Positions 43,801-56,712 of a stretch of 64,000 bases of DNA are shown piece after piece. The stretch covers positions 248,001-312,000 of the forward strand of contig OZ025695.1 in assembly GCA_964019335.1 (NCBI GenBank). The letters run 5' to 3'. The DNA is from Diplonema japonicum. Taxonomy: Eukaryota; Protista; Euglenozoa: Diplonemea. The first letter of the stretch is position 1. Each line of letters begins with the position of its first letter. The notes under the pieces are model-generated. The model had not been told where the DNA came from and did no database searches. It was given only the letters and a program-made list of their open reading frames with translations. The position numbers were made by a program, and so were the translations under genes.

Positions 43801-46800
43801 TCGGGTTCGACTTTGAGGTTTTCTTGAAGTTCCTCGAGGAGGTCGAACGGTTTTTTTTCGTATTTTCTGATGGCGCGGAGGGCGAAATTCTTCAGCTCCC
43901 ATTCGGCTTTTTCCATGTTGCAGCAACAGCTCGGGTAGGTTCGGATGGAGTACACGCGACCAGCATCGATCCCACCGAGGTGCATGAGAACGTTTCCGAA
44001 TTCCGGATCCGAGGCCATCTCCTGCCGACGCATGAGTTTTAAGTACGCTGATTCACCGAACTGATCACGTTCGTCGCGGGGGCATCCTATTCGAAGCAAG
44101 AGTTTGATGAAGGACAGGTCCTTTGCGCATCGTGATGCACAGACCAACGCACCGGGGAGCTTGGGGACGGGAACGTTGCCCCGGAGACATTCTTCGACCA
44201 GCAGCGAGATGAACCAGCAGCTTTCATCGTGCATCTTGTCGAAAAGCGAGTCGAAGTCAGCTCTGATCACCTTCACATCGTACACAGCTTTTGAGCAAAA
44301 CACCGGGAAACAACTGCCGAAATCACGCAGAACGCTTTCGTTCAAAATCCCCTTGTGGAAAAGACACCTGATGTTGATCGTGTACATCAGGAGCTCGATG
44401 TCGTCAGGCTCGCAGTTCTTCCCAGGTGTATTCTTGACATGCTCTGCAATCTCCTCGTAAGACTTGAACAGCTTCTTGTTCGCAAACTTGTACTCTTGCA
44501 GCATCTCGAACGAATCGTTCACAATAACCTGCTTTATGTTCTTGTTCAACCGGACGCCCCTCAGGATTCTCTGCAGGCCCAACGTCTCGATGTTGTTGTT
44601 GCGCAGGTCGATCTTGGACACCTCTATCCCAAGAGACAGGATTTTTTGAAGGAGAAGACATCCTTCGTCGCCAAGCGACATATTCGGCCTGGGTTTGTTC
44701 CGTGTTAGTTCCAACTGGACCTCCCATTTTTTAGAGGGTTTTTGAGCCCAGATCACCATGGAGTTCGGGGTGAGGTTGATCTCAGCAAACTCCGGTCCCT
44801 CCGCGGTTTGCAACCGCAGGATTCTCGACACTGTTTGCAAGAGTTTGAGGCTGCGGACTTCCGCATCAGTTGTGGACGCGGCACGGTGGTCGAAGACAGC
44901 GGTGGCTTTGTGGCGCAATGTGAAATCGTTGCCTGTTCGCGATAACACGTTTCCGTTTTCCTCCATGGCCTCCAAGGCCCAGTTGCGGAGGTCGACGGCA
45001 TCCCGTGCTTCGCACATCCCACGCGCGTTCGTTCTGACAATAGGGCAGAGCCTTGCACCGTCGTATTTAACAGTGTGTGTGTACTGCCACTGATCAGAAT
45101 CCTGTGTAGTCTCTAACGAGGTTGCGGCGAGGGACAGGTCAAGGACACCGTCGCCGCGCACGGCTTCGATCGCTTTGAGGACAACACGTGCTTCCACGTC
45201 GTTCTTGACATCTGCGAGCATTTGCTTGACAGGGATGGTCTGGAGGCCTTTGTCCTCCGCTTCCGTCAGCTCGAAAAACTGAAGGTGTTCCTTCCGCAAT
45301 ATCCTCTTCTGGTCGTCTGTCAGCAACGACGTCACCACGAACTTCGAGTTCAGCGGGTACAACCACTCGTCCTCCCGTGAAAATCTGCTCCACAATGCTA
45401 ACCATCTGCATGACCTTCCTTTTGTCACGAACACTGATGCGCGTTTCTTCCCCGCAGCGAAGTCCAACGCGACGCCTTGGCTCTTCGATGTACTCGAAAA
45501 GGGCGTCCACAGAACGACTCCACCACGTTGATACACCTTAAGATTCAACCTCCCTCCTCCGAGACCCCTGTAGCACTTCACGCTCGCGTCGACGTCGGGT
45601 ATTGTACGGTGCTTTCCCACAACGGGTGAAAGGTTCGCCAGTGCAAAGTCCATGTAGTAGATCAACGGTCGGGCTTGAGACAGAAGCCATGTTCCTGGTC
45701 GAAACGCGATGTGTTGCAGCGGTTCTGATGTGAGGCAGACAGTTCCTGTTTTTGTGTACTGGTAGATGTGCCATCCTAGTAATGGGTTCACAAGGCTGTC
45801 AACGTGCTCCTTGTCGATATCATCACGTGAAGTCTCATCGTTGTCGGCACCCCATCTCGCAAAGTGTTCATTTTCGCTGTCCCACAAGACGGTCAGCCAT
45901 GACGTGGTTTGAAGGGCTCTGTACACAGACGCGGCTTCAGGGAGGAAGCCTGCTGGGCGTTCATTCGCTTTGAGTAAAAGCGACACCCCGGCTCCGGTGT
46001 TAGGACGTGCCCGAAAAACGCCTGATACAGGTGCCTTACCCTTTGATATGTTGATGCTTGTTTCGGTGTTGCCTTCTTGAAGGCTTCTCAAGACAGCGTT
46101 GGTATGGTAGTAGGGCTGGTAGTAGTACGGGGTGAAGAACCTGCTGATGACGAAGGCGTCGCCGTTTTCCAAAGCGAGGACTTTGGGTGCGCGGGAGAGC
46201 GAAGCGTAGTACGTCGTGCCCTTCCATGTGATGGCCTGCAGGTCGAGCGTTTCCGCGATCTCGCATGGCATCGGCTCTTCGTTGAGCTTCTTGTTCGCTA
46301 TGCTGTTCGCCACCTTCCTGTCGCTCGCCAGGACTTTTTTCAAATCGTCGTACAGCTCCTTCACGTACTCCTGCTGGTTGATAGCTTTGTAGCATCTTTC
46401 TACTAATTTCTGAACCTCGTCTGGTTTCACCCACTGATAGGGCCTGCTGCTGAAGTCCGATCCCAACGCAAGCTCTTCGTCTTGTCGTCTCGAGTGCACG
46501 TATTCAAGAATTTCAGGCGGAGGCAGGTCTTTGAAATAACTACGCTGCATGACAGGATACTCAGGCAGCCATGCCACCGTATCTGCCAAGGGGTATCGGT
46601 TCGGGTTTTCCATGAGATCCCGCTCATCGATCGAGTACCTAGCAAGTAGTGTCACCGGGCCTTGTTTCTTCTCGTTTCCGGTGTATAAACAGTCAAAAAG
46701 GGTAAGATGCTTCCATGGGCAGGATGCAGGGTCGCGGTGCCGGATTTCGTCGGGAGGGCTGATGGGCAAGAGTTCCCTGCCGTCGACTTCCTTGCGGTCT

Positions 46801-47258
46801 TTCATAGCTTCTTCGATTCCTTTTTGGAACACTTTTTTGAGCTTGGATTCGATTTTTTGCGGGGTGTCCACCGAGGTGTTGCTGAAATCCTCAAGTTCCT
46901 TGCACAACGGGACGACACGCCAGATTGGTTTCACGTTTTCGTCTTCAATCCACAGCGCCCATGTTGTGCGCTTGTATAACGACACGGAATAGATGAACAA
47001 CGGGACCACTACTTCGTTGGGCTCACCGTGGTTGTGCTTCTCAGTCATCAGTTTGCAGTTCCTGGATAGCTTGGCGATGGCCTCTCGGGGCCATAGTTTT
47101 CTCCCGGGGATGTGCCAAGACTTCAGACCGTCACAAACCTGGAATGGGTCCAGCTCGGGTTTGTACCCTTTGGGGTAGGGCACGGGCTCCGTCTGCACCC
47201 CTTCGTACGACTGGGCTTCGGAAACGGCGAACCTGCTGTCCAGTTCGTCATCCGACAT
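40866..47258 (-). CDS. About 2100-aa multidomain protein: R-S-E ADP-ribosyltransferase, LRR, ankyrin-like, degenerate ART, C-terminal macro/PARG-like domain; introns 41422-41471 and 41235-41277
   Basis: CYRGL..FSSTS..REDEWL; LGDEG..IDLRNNNI; LLLRIG..RDQFGESA; ISAAGLNF..VIPLGLGV. Spliced exons stay in frame. Confidence 0.75.
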
Positions 47259-47669
47259 GTCCCCCCCTCCCCCCCCTCTCCCTCCCTCCTCCTGTTGGCG
47301 TTTTTTCTTTCTTCTTGGGGGGTATGTTTTCTTCTTTTTTTTGTAAACGTACCAAAAAACCTAGTAAACAGACGAAAGAATGTTTTTTTTTTTTAATGTG
47401 GTGTTATGTAAAATTTGCCCCCCCCCCCGGCCCCCTTCTTTTTTTTCCTCTCTCTTTTTCGAGAATAGAAAGAAAAAAAGAAGGAAAAAAAAAAAAAAAA
47501 AAAAGAGAGAGATGTCAACTTTCCCCACTTTTCCCGTACCGCACACTTTATTTTAGGAAAAAAAGAAGAAAAAAAAACAATATTCACATTTCCCCCTCCC
47601 TTTTTTGTTAAAACCCTCTAGAAACAACGTCTTGTCTTCTTCTTCTTCTTCTTCTTTTTTTTTACATAA

Positions 47670-48659
47670 TTACTTCCCGTCGTCGTGTCGCTCATACAGC
47701 CTGACCCTCCCACCGGACCCTCCTACGGCCATTAGCAAGCCTGTGTTCGAGAAGCTGACTGAAAAGACCGGGTGCGCGTCTTCCCAGAGAAGGGAATGGA
47801 GTTGCGACCGCGGCGAAGGATTGTCTGCGATGAGAAGATCAGTGGCACCCGCTGCTGCCAACGTGTTCTGCGGGGACAGGGCGAGCGAATAGAAGTGCGT
47901 TTGTGCCGACCCAGGAGGGAGGGGGATCGTCTCGCACGGCTCCGAAGGATTGGCAAGGGACCAGATCTGTATCTGCTCGCTGTCCCTACAGGACGCTGTT
48001 ATAACACGTTCTCCATCGTTGCTCACAACCAGCGAATCACCGCAAAGGTAAGGTCCGTACACACTTGTGACAGCGTGGTCCACACGGGTATCCCAGACTT
48101 GAAGGGTCTTGTCCCAACCGCCTGTTACAAAGAGATGCGGAGACTGAGGAACCCAATGCAGCGACTGAACCCGACTTGAATGTGCGTTGGCAGGTAGATC
48201 CCTATCGTCACGTGCCTCTGCCCAGGATAGTGTCATGGCTAGTTTTTTCCCTTCTTCATCGTAGACTCTAACAAGGCCGTCTTTACCGGAAGCTGCAAAG
48301 CGGGCCCCGTCATTTCTGTACCCTAGGCAGTAGATTTCTGTTTCAGTTTCGATGGTGCTGATGCATCTGCGTGAGGTGAGGTGCCAGTGTTCGATTTTCC
48401 CTGCAGCCGTTCCCAGAACCAGGACGTTTTTGGTTTTGGAACCAATGCTTTGCGGCCTGAACTTCACGCATGTGACCGGTAGCTTTGTTGGTGCCATCTT
48501 CATGACGTCCAAGACGTAGTCCTCCTTGGCAGCCGTTCGTGTGCTGAACACCCTCACCACTCCGCTGCTGCATGCTGCCGCGCAGTATACGTCGTCCGGG
48601 CTCATTTCCACTGCTAGAACATCGCTACCCCCTTCGTACCCTCCCCGGTATTGGAACAT
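47670..48659 (-). CDS. WD40-repeat protein
   Basis: SGKDGLVRVYD, TGGWDKTLQVWD, IQIWS repeats. Confidence 0.9.
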   Translation of the reverse strand: MFQYRGGYEGGSDVLAVEMSPDDVYCAAACSSGVVRVFSTRTAAKEDYVLDVMKMAPTKLPVTCVKFRPQSIGSKTKNVLVLGTAAGKIEHWHLTSRRCISTIETETEIYCLGYRNDGARFAASGKDGLVRVYDEEGKKLAMTLSWAEARDDRDLPANAHSSRVQSLHWVPQSPHLFVTGGWDKTLQVWDTRVDHAVTSVYGPYLCGDSLVVSNDGERVITASCRDSEQIQIWSLANPSEPCETIPLPPGSAQTHFYSLALSPQNTLAAAGATDLLIADNPSPRSQLHSLLWEDAHPVFSVSFSNTGLLMAVGGSGGRVRLYERHDDGK

Positions 48660-49287
48660 TTCTCACCCCCTCCCCCCAACCGCTGGTGGAGATGTGATGT
48701 GATGTGAAGGATGGGGGAAAAAAAAAAAAATCAAAGAAACAAAAAAGGAAATGTGGGGGGAAAAAAAAAAAAGAGAAAAAAAAGGAAATGGGGGGGGGGG
48801 GGTAAACGGTAAAACAAGAAAAAAAAGGGGGGGTAAGAGGATGGGGACTAAGTGGGGAGGCTTCTGGCGGAAAGATTGAATGAAGAAGAACACTACAAAC
48901 ACGAGTGGAAAAACAAAAAAGGTGGAGCGGGGGGGGGTGAGAGAAGTGTGTGTCAAAAAAAGATTTAGGGCGAACAGAAGGGAGTTGCGTTTTTTTTTTT
49001 TTTTGAGAGCTTTTTACTGAAAACAAAGAAAAGCCCGTACTTTTTAATTCCCCTCCCCCCTCCCTTCCTGTGCCGTTGCTACCTTCCCCATAATTTATTT
49101 TTTTTTCTTACATTTCTTTTTTTTTTATGAAAAGAAAACACCCCCCCCCCCCCCCCCATCCTCTCGCTCACTCTGTTTTAAAAAAAAAAAAAAAAACTCA
49201 CGTTCTCCGTATATTCATGTGTCACGTATCGTACAAAAAAAAAGAAATTGTGGTTTGTCCTCTTGTTTTTTTTTTGCCCCTCTTTTT

Positions 49288-50600
49288 TCACTCAACCTTG
49301 ATGGCTTCAACAGAGGGAAGAAGGGTTTCTGTAAAAAAAAATTTTTTTTTCTTCTTCTTCTTTGTTCCATCCTATCCCCACATACCCCAAGATTTCTTCA
49401 TCTTGTTCGCGTACTCAAGTTGCAGCTCAACAAAGGATTTCAGCATCTGCTTGATGTCGTATTGCTTCTCACGGTGAAAGCGGCGGAGCTCCTCGCTGAA
49501 GGTAGTTGACGCTGCGTCAAAGAGCTTCTTGGCCTCTTCGAATTTGGCAGTGGTGTTCTGTATATCGGTCTCGATCCCGACCGCCTTTGCCTCCTTGCCT
49601 TGTTGCTGTGCGGAGGCCTTGTCCTCGTTGAGGTTCTTGAGGGACTGCTCAAGGATGTCCCTGGTCGAAGCCATGGCCTTGAGCCTCTTGATGTTATCCT
49701 TAACAGAGGTACACATCCCAATGTAGTAACCAATTGTTTCAGCGACTTGAACGGTTTCTGTCTCAGCTTGCTCATCATACACGGTAGAGAGGTGCTCTGA
49801 GTGGTGACCAACATCGACAAGGGCTGTTGATAGAGGACCTTCTTCGTAGGATCTTTCGATGTCGCCTACCTTTGCAAAGGCCTTCCCGAACTCGTTTAGG
49901 GACCCGCCTGTCTCCCTCCTCCTTCTCACAAGGAGCTCAATCCTTTCCTTGAGCATGATGAGGGAGCTCTCCAGCTGTGAGACGTACTGTCTCGTCTCCT
50001 CCCACTGAGACTCCTCGCTCGTCTTGTTCTTGTTCCCGAACATGCTGTTCTTCATCTGGACCATTTTCTCAGTTGACGATAGTTCCACCTCCACCTTCTT
50101 ACGGGGTTGCTTCGTGAGCTTCACGAAATCCGCCTCTTCCTCGAGTTCTAAAAAGCTCTGTGGGATTTTTTTTTTTTTTTTTTTTTATAAAAAAAAAAAT
50201 ATAATACCACAAAGGATTGAGCGCAGTGGAGTTTCGGGTGTGCGCCGACCCTGACCAGGAACTTGCGCATTGCCCGCTGTCTGTACTCTCTAAGAGGCGA
50301 CGGGCCGCTGCTGGATGATACTTTTTCGATGTTGCCCTTGATGCTCTTTTCCGGGATCGGGGGGCATATCACCCCGGGGTACTCCTCCACCAGTGCCTCT
50401 CGCAGCCACACGAAGTCGTTGTACCTTCTTACTGCGCGCATGGAAGCTTGCTTGAACATCCCAGGGCTCACCAAGTTTGTCTTGGTGTATACCTGGTACG
50501 TCCAATAGGAGAGGTCCAGTGCACCACCCTTTTCCTTCTTCACGGGGTCCGCGACCGTGAATTCATAATGGGTTCCAGCAGGGAGTTCTCCGTCTACCAT
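49288..50600 (-). CDS. Sorting nexin (PX + BAR); introns 50158-50207 and 49329-49385
   Basis: VRRYNDFVWL..PPIPEK; spliced C-terminus KKSWETLLPSVEAIKVE. Confidence 0.9.
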
Positions 50601-51729
50601 TTTTTTTTTTTTTTTTTTTTTCCCGCCTTTTTTTTTTGGGGGTAAAAAAAAAATCTTTTTTTTAAAAATAAAACGGGGCACGGGTGGGACGGGGTCAATA
50701 AAACAAAGAAAAAGGTGAGGAGGTGCTTGCATGAAAAAAAGGACAAAAACAAGGGTACTTTCTTTTAAAAGAAGAAGGAAAAAAAAAAAAAAAAAAAAAA
50801 AAAAAAGGAATGAAACAATAAAAAAAAAGTTATAAAAGAAAAAGAAAGTGTGTATCGTGAATAGCGAGGCAGGGCCGTGGGAAGAGGGGGAGGGAGGGAG
50901 GCGCACAAAAAAGGGGGGGGGGGGAAGGCAGATACCGGGGAAAGAAGTTTTGCATTCTTAACCTTCTGCTCTCCTTCACCGGCGAACACACCCTTTCTTT
51001 TTTTTTTTTCCCCCTTTTTCCTTTTTTTTTTTAAATTCCTTTTAGTCCTCCTAATAATTGCTAAATACAAATTCCAGATGGGGTAGAAGAAGAAAAAAGG
51101 GGGAGGGGGGAGGGGGGGGGGAAGGGGAAGGGGACACCTTTCATTTTTCCTCTTCCATGCTCACTCACTTTTTTGTCTGGTTTCTTTTTTTTTACATTCA
51201 GCCAGCCTTTAAAAAAAATGGTGTCTTTAAAATGGTGGATGATCACATGTGTGCTCTTCTTCCTTTTCTTCTTTCCACCCCATTGTCCCCCCCCCCTTTT
51301 TTTTTCGTTGGTAAACTATTGTTTGGGGGCGAAGTGGAAAAAAGTAGGTATTACGACAAAAACAAATGGGGTGGGGGGGGGGAAGACGCTCTTTAATAAA
51401 ATGTCAAAAATAAAAAAGAATAAAGGAGAGGAGGGACGAGGAGAAGGGGGGGGGGTTTTTTTTTGTAGCCCAGCAGTTTTCTTTTCTTCTTCTTCTTCTT
51501 CCCCCCCTTTCCCTTTAAAGCCGATGGTAGGGAAAAAAAAAGTTCCAAATTCTACTGTTTTTTTTTTTCCCACGATTTTTTTCTTCCCCCCCCCCCCCTC
51601 CCCCCCCGTTAGAAAACAAAAAAGGGGGGAAAAAGAAAAGAAAAGAAAAAAAGGAAAACTTTCGTATTTATGTACAAAGAATCAGAAAATCCATTTTTTT
51701 TTTCTGCCCACCAAACTCCCCAGTAAATT

Positions 51730-54080
51730 TCAACACGCAAGAACCCCTTCGTTATGACCATTATGTTCTTCTTTTTCTTCTTCTTGTTCTTCTTCTTCGT
51801 TCTTGTTGTCCATTTTTATTTCCTTCCCTTTGCCCGCAGCAGGTTGAACACAAGACAGTTCCGCGGCTTTCTGCCTCGCGCACACCGCCTTGCTCCTGTA
51901 AGCAGCATCATGGGGCAAACAATCGTAAAGCAGCCCCAACAAATTATAATTAACAGTGGTTGGGTTTTCAGCGGTAAGCCGCAAGAGAACCGCTTCAGAT
52001 CTTTCGAGATATGACAGAGCTTTGCCTTCCTTGTCCCGAGCTGCGAGATGTTGATACACAACGGAGATTTTTTTCATAACCTCTCGTCTATCATGAGAAG
52101 CTCGCGACACGGCTTCCTTGCAAAAAGCAGTATCTTGTAGATAAGCAAGCAACGACAGATAATAATTCTTCGCTTGTCCGACTGCGTAGACGAACTCTTT
52201 CGCATCGTCGTGAACCTGCAATGCTTTCGACTCAAAGACCTCACACAACGTCACCATAAAAGGTACAACAAGCTCGTACCGAACTATCGACTCACAAGCT
52301 GTTTCTTTACAAGCCGGTGACAAAAAAACAGCATGATACCTACGATAATCGGAAATCAACGATTCAAAATCACCTTCCGAACACCTATATGACCGTAACG
52401 GGCCTAGACAACACGCAGACAACACCCAGATTCCTTTTTCAAGTGATGCTTCATATACAGAAGCGAGGATATCTTTTATGAGGCTGTGGATGGCTGCTTC
52501 ACCTGGCGGAGCTGTACCAAGCGGGGGATAGCTGTACTCGCAGGAACCGCGGATGGAGGAGAAGAGAAGAAACGTCTTATGAAGAACCGGAACACGTTGT
52601 GTTACAATAAAAACGTATTTTCCTGGATCGTCTGTCGTCGGGCATAAATATACCGGAAAGGTAACCCCTTGACTACACGCTTGCACCGTTAGCTTTTTCG
52701 AATTGTGGTGTTGAACTATCGCGTCGCATATAGGTTGATGACCCTGCCAGTCTTCGTTCAAACAGGTACTGCTGCAGTAAGAAGTTACTCTGCACCCCCC
52801 GCACATTAATTTATCAGAAACGGAAACGTGTTTTCCGCATAAACCGCAACGATGCGGGGTAGATTTCGCTCCTGTGTGGTTGGAAGCTAACGAATCGGTC
52901 ATTCCGTTGACAGAACGTTTGGGAAGCGATGACGACAGCACCGACGATCGCTTAAGCCTTGTCTTCATTTGCGGTATTACTTCTTCAGACGGAATTTCTT
53001 GAAGCCTGCTTAGAATCATACACAGATCCCGTCTGCTTAATCTGCGTCCTTTGCATATACGTAACGTAGCGAGAGTTCTTTCTACTGTGTCGGGGTCGCA
53101 CACGATGTTCAAAGTTTTTAAGACGGCTGGAAGCGAGGCTTGTGGGAGGGTGTCTGTTTGTCCTTCAAGGATGGTGAGGAGATGGGTTCGAAGATCGGGG
53201 ATTTTAATATTCTGTGTGGGGCGCTGTGTGTCGTTGGACACTGTTCGGAAGGACGCATTCGATCCTGCGGAGGATATTTTATCGAGTGATGCAATGAGGT
53301 CGTTGATGGTTTTCCCAGCCGGAAGCGGTGACACCGCCGATGCTCCCAACGGAAGCTGATCTTTAACCGTAAATGTTGTCCGTGGTGTACAATCTGTAAC
53401 CGGTGCCAACGGTTGCAAACCGTTTTTGATCAGATCCGCGACGTCTCGATGGCTTACAAACCCGTCCTTCGTCATGCAGCTTCGGAGATATTGCCAAACT
53501 TCCTCCATCGGGTGGGAACAGCTGATGCTTCGTAGAAAGCGGGGGACTTTGATGGCTTCCATGAATCCTTGGCTTTTTTCGAGGAAGGAGAGGGCTTGTT
53601 CCGGATCGGTGATGGAGTTCGAGGATTGCTCGCCGGATAGCGTGGTGGGCTTGAATTTCTCTAGTTGTTCCTTGTCTAGAACCAGTCTGGGTATGATAGG
53701 AAGTGGTTGGGTAGAAACGGTATCGCCGCCTTTGAGCACCACGTTGACCACGTCTTGTTTGGGGCATAGGTCTTGGAAAGTAAGGTCGTCGATTTCGACA
53801 GGTTGTTTGCTGTCGTCTGTGGAGGGTTTTTTTTTTTTTTTTTTTTTTTTGATTTTTTTTTTTTTTTTTTTCCCCGTGGGTACAAACCGTGCATGGTGTG
53901 ATAATACCATAGTTCCTTCACCTTCCCGTTTTTTGTATGTTTGTGTGCTGAGACGGCGTCCAGTAGGCCTTCGAATGTTTCGGGTTCTACCTTTAACATG
54001 ACCTTCGAGACCTTTTTTGTTTTTTTGTTTTTTTTTTTTTTGTTTTGTACCTGTCCCGGAAACTGAACTAACAACTTCAT
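51730..54080 (-). CDS. MYND zinc-finger protein with helical C-terminus; introns 54012-54050 and 53817-53887
   Basis: CGLC..CGGC..YCSSTC..DW.GH..C; intron removal deletes poly-Lys artefacts and restores the frame. Confidence 0.75.
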
Positions 54081-54420
54081 TTGTGTTTTCTTTTTTGTGT
54101 CACTCGTTTGGTTTTTTTTTTTTTTTATATGTTCTTTTCTTCGTTTTCTCTTTTTTTTTTTTTTTTATTTGGTCGGGTTTCGGTCACTCCATGTTTTTTT
54201 TTTTGATTTTTTTTTAAATAAAAAAAAAAGGAGGGGGCTAGTAGGAAATGTTGCGGAGCAACCCTTCCCCCCACGGGTTGTGTGTAAGTCTGTAAGAAAA
54301 TTTCTTTTTTTTTTGTTTTTTGTTTTTAAACTCGGTCAGGGTTAAGAAGTAAAAAAAGATGCAAACCAAACAACAAAAAAAGAAAAAAAAAAGTAAAATG
54401 AGGGGATAAAAACAAAAAAA

Positions 54421-54700
54421 GGTGTCTTTGAAGGGAACCTGCAGTATGTGACAGGATCGCCTTATCTAGTGTTTGATCCCTTCTGTCGCGGTAGTGCCTT
54501 AGACCCGTTGCAGCTTGGGCGTGAAACCTACTAGCGAGTTGCTAAGGACGCAATGTGCTCGCAACTGATCCTCTAGGATAGGGCGGGTGACCTTCGGGGA
54601 CGCGACCGCCGTCTCTTGTGGAGGGGGAACGCTCTATGTCTGCCTGTAGCTTGCCTTCAACAGCGCTCTGATCTCATGTATGCCTCGCGGCAGCATTTTC
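54421..54700 (+). ncRNA. Unidentified structured RNA-like island (ncRNA or SINE-like)
   Basis: Consecutive hairpins with G-U pairs favouring the + strand, a C(UUCG)G tetraloop, and an end at TTTT plus an A run. Confidence 0.35.
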
Positions 54701-54911
54701 AAAAAAAAAAGGGGGGGAAATGAGGGGGGAAAAAAAAATGGCGCGGAGGCGGGGGGGGACGGGGTTAGAAAAAAAAAAAAAACGAAAAAAAAAATGAGAT
54801 TTTCTTTTTTTGATTTTATACACTCTAAGCTCTCTTTCCAAACAAAAAAAAAAAAAAAAAAAAAAAAAAACACTTTTTTTTTTTTCTTTTTTTTTTTCTT
54901 CTTCCGTCCTC

Positions 54912-55780
54912 CTAAATTTTCTTCACAATCTGCACAATGTCCTCGTCCTCCAACAAGTGGTCCTTTCCGACCTTTTGAGGGTTGTGCTTCACGGACGACC
55001 CCCACACCCAGGCGTACTTGAACTCCTTCATCATCTGCCTATGCAGCTTCAAACAGAAAGTCTCCACAGAAGGCTGCGGGTCATTAGGCATGATAACAGG
55101 TTCGTTGTAGTCAGGAATCTGCCCTCGCGGCTTGGTGTAAGTCCGGCACAATCCAAGATGCTCCCATATCACCTCGAGAAGCCCATCAAGGTTCCAGTTG
55201 TGGTGGGCAGAGACAGGGCAGTTGTGGGGAACACGGTTGATAATATCGAGTTCTTCAACAGAGATCTGGTCGATTTTGTTCATAACGTATACTGCAGGGA
55301 TGTAGACACATTTTCCTTCAATAACATCGACAAGATCATCGATGGTAGCGTCTTCGTAAAAGCAGATGTCGGCGTTGAGCATCTTGTACTCTTTCATCAC
55401 ACTCGCCACTGCTTCGAAGTCGCAGTTGGTAAGCTTCACGGTTGATGTGAGATTCAGCCCGCCCTTCTCCCTTTTCTTGATCGAAATGTTGGGGGGGGTC
55501 CTGTTTAGCCTGATACCAAAGCCGTCCAGTTCCCTCTCGATAATGAGTTTGTGGGTCAGCGGCTTCGCCACGTCCAGGATGATCAGCAAGCAGGAGCACG
55601 TTCTGGCCACCGCGATAATTTGCCGACCACGACCCTTGCCGTCCTTCGCGCCTTCAATGATACCGGGGAGATCGAGCATCTGAAGCTTTGCACCCTTGTA
55701 CTTCACCACACCGGGCACGCAGGTCAGGGTTGTGAACTCGTAGGCGGCAACCTTTTTTTTTTTTTTTTTTTTTTTTCCCC

Positions 55781-55816
<36 letters not shown>

Positions 55817-56150
55817 ACCTCGGAGAAAGTATTTGTCAGTTTGTTCAGCAAGGTGGACTTACCCACAGACGGGAAGCCGATGAAACCAATTCGTGCGTCA
55901 CCTTTTTTTTTTTTTTTTTTTTTTTTTTAAAGGTGGGGGGGGGGGGGGGGGGGGATTATCATTTACCTGTTTTTTGAACTTCGAAACCTTCTTGTTTGGG
56001 TCCGCTCTTTTTGGACTGACTCTCCATCACTTCGGACTTCAGCTTGGCGAGCTTGGCCTTCAGCTGGCCAAGATGCGCGTTAGTTGCCTTGTTTTTCTGT
56101 GTTCTGGCCATCTCGCTCTCGATGTCCGCAATCCTTTGAAGAATCGACAT
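54912..56150 (-). CDS. DRG1: Developmentally regulated GTP-binding protein 1; introns 55902-55966 and 55752-55818
   Basis: [42 protein letters not shown] tail. Confidence 0.92.
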
Positions 56151-56516
56151 TTTAAATTCTTTTTTCTTGCTTCTTTTGGCGTCAAAGCCCCTCCCCTTTT
56201 CTTTTTTCCTGCTGGTGCGGTTAGGGAGAAGAAAAAGAACATAGAATATATAAAAGCTGGTAAAAAAAAAAATGAAAAATAAAAAAGGGGGGGGCTTTCT
56301 CCCCCTTTTTTTGCAGGCTGTTTTCTTTCTCTCTCTCTCTCTCTCTCTCTGTGTAGGATGGGTGATAACGAAAACTGGGCTGTTTTTTTTTTCTTTTTCT
56401 TTCTTTTTTTTTTTTTTTTTTTGCCATGTACTTTTTGTTGTATAAAAGAGAAGAAAAAAAAAGAAGAAAAAAAAGAAGAAGTACGGAGGAAAAGAAAAAG
56501 GGGAAAAAAAAAAAAA

Positions 56517-56610
56517 AACTATTCATTTATGAAAAATCAGATTACCTGGTTTCACTTGTGGGGACACTTTTTTTTTTTAACTCGATCTTTTTGCTTCAGC
56601 AAAAAGATCG

Positions 56611-56661
<51 letters not shown>

Positions 56662-56712
56662 ATAAAAATAAAGTGTCCCCACAAGTGAAATCTGTCTGGT
56701 TTTTCATAAATA
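56517..56712 (-). repeat. Long palindrome resembling the Crypton-like terminal hairpin
   Basis: TTTCACTTGTGGGGACACTTT/AAAGTGTCCCCACAAGTGAAA arms around CTCGATCTTTTTGC/GCAAAAAGATCGAG; the end matches CAGGTAATCTGATTTTT of 60947-60963. Confidence 0.6.

Noticed and set aside
3859-54453. Shared 14-mer TGCAGTATGTGACA at 3859 and 54440
   Set aside because: A few 14-mer matches are expected by chance in 64 kb, and the surrounding folds differ.
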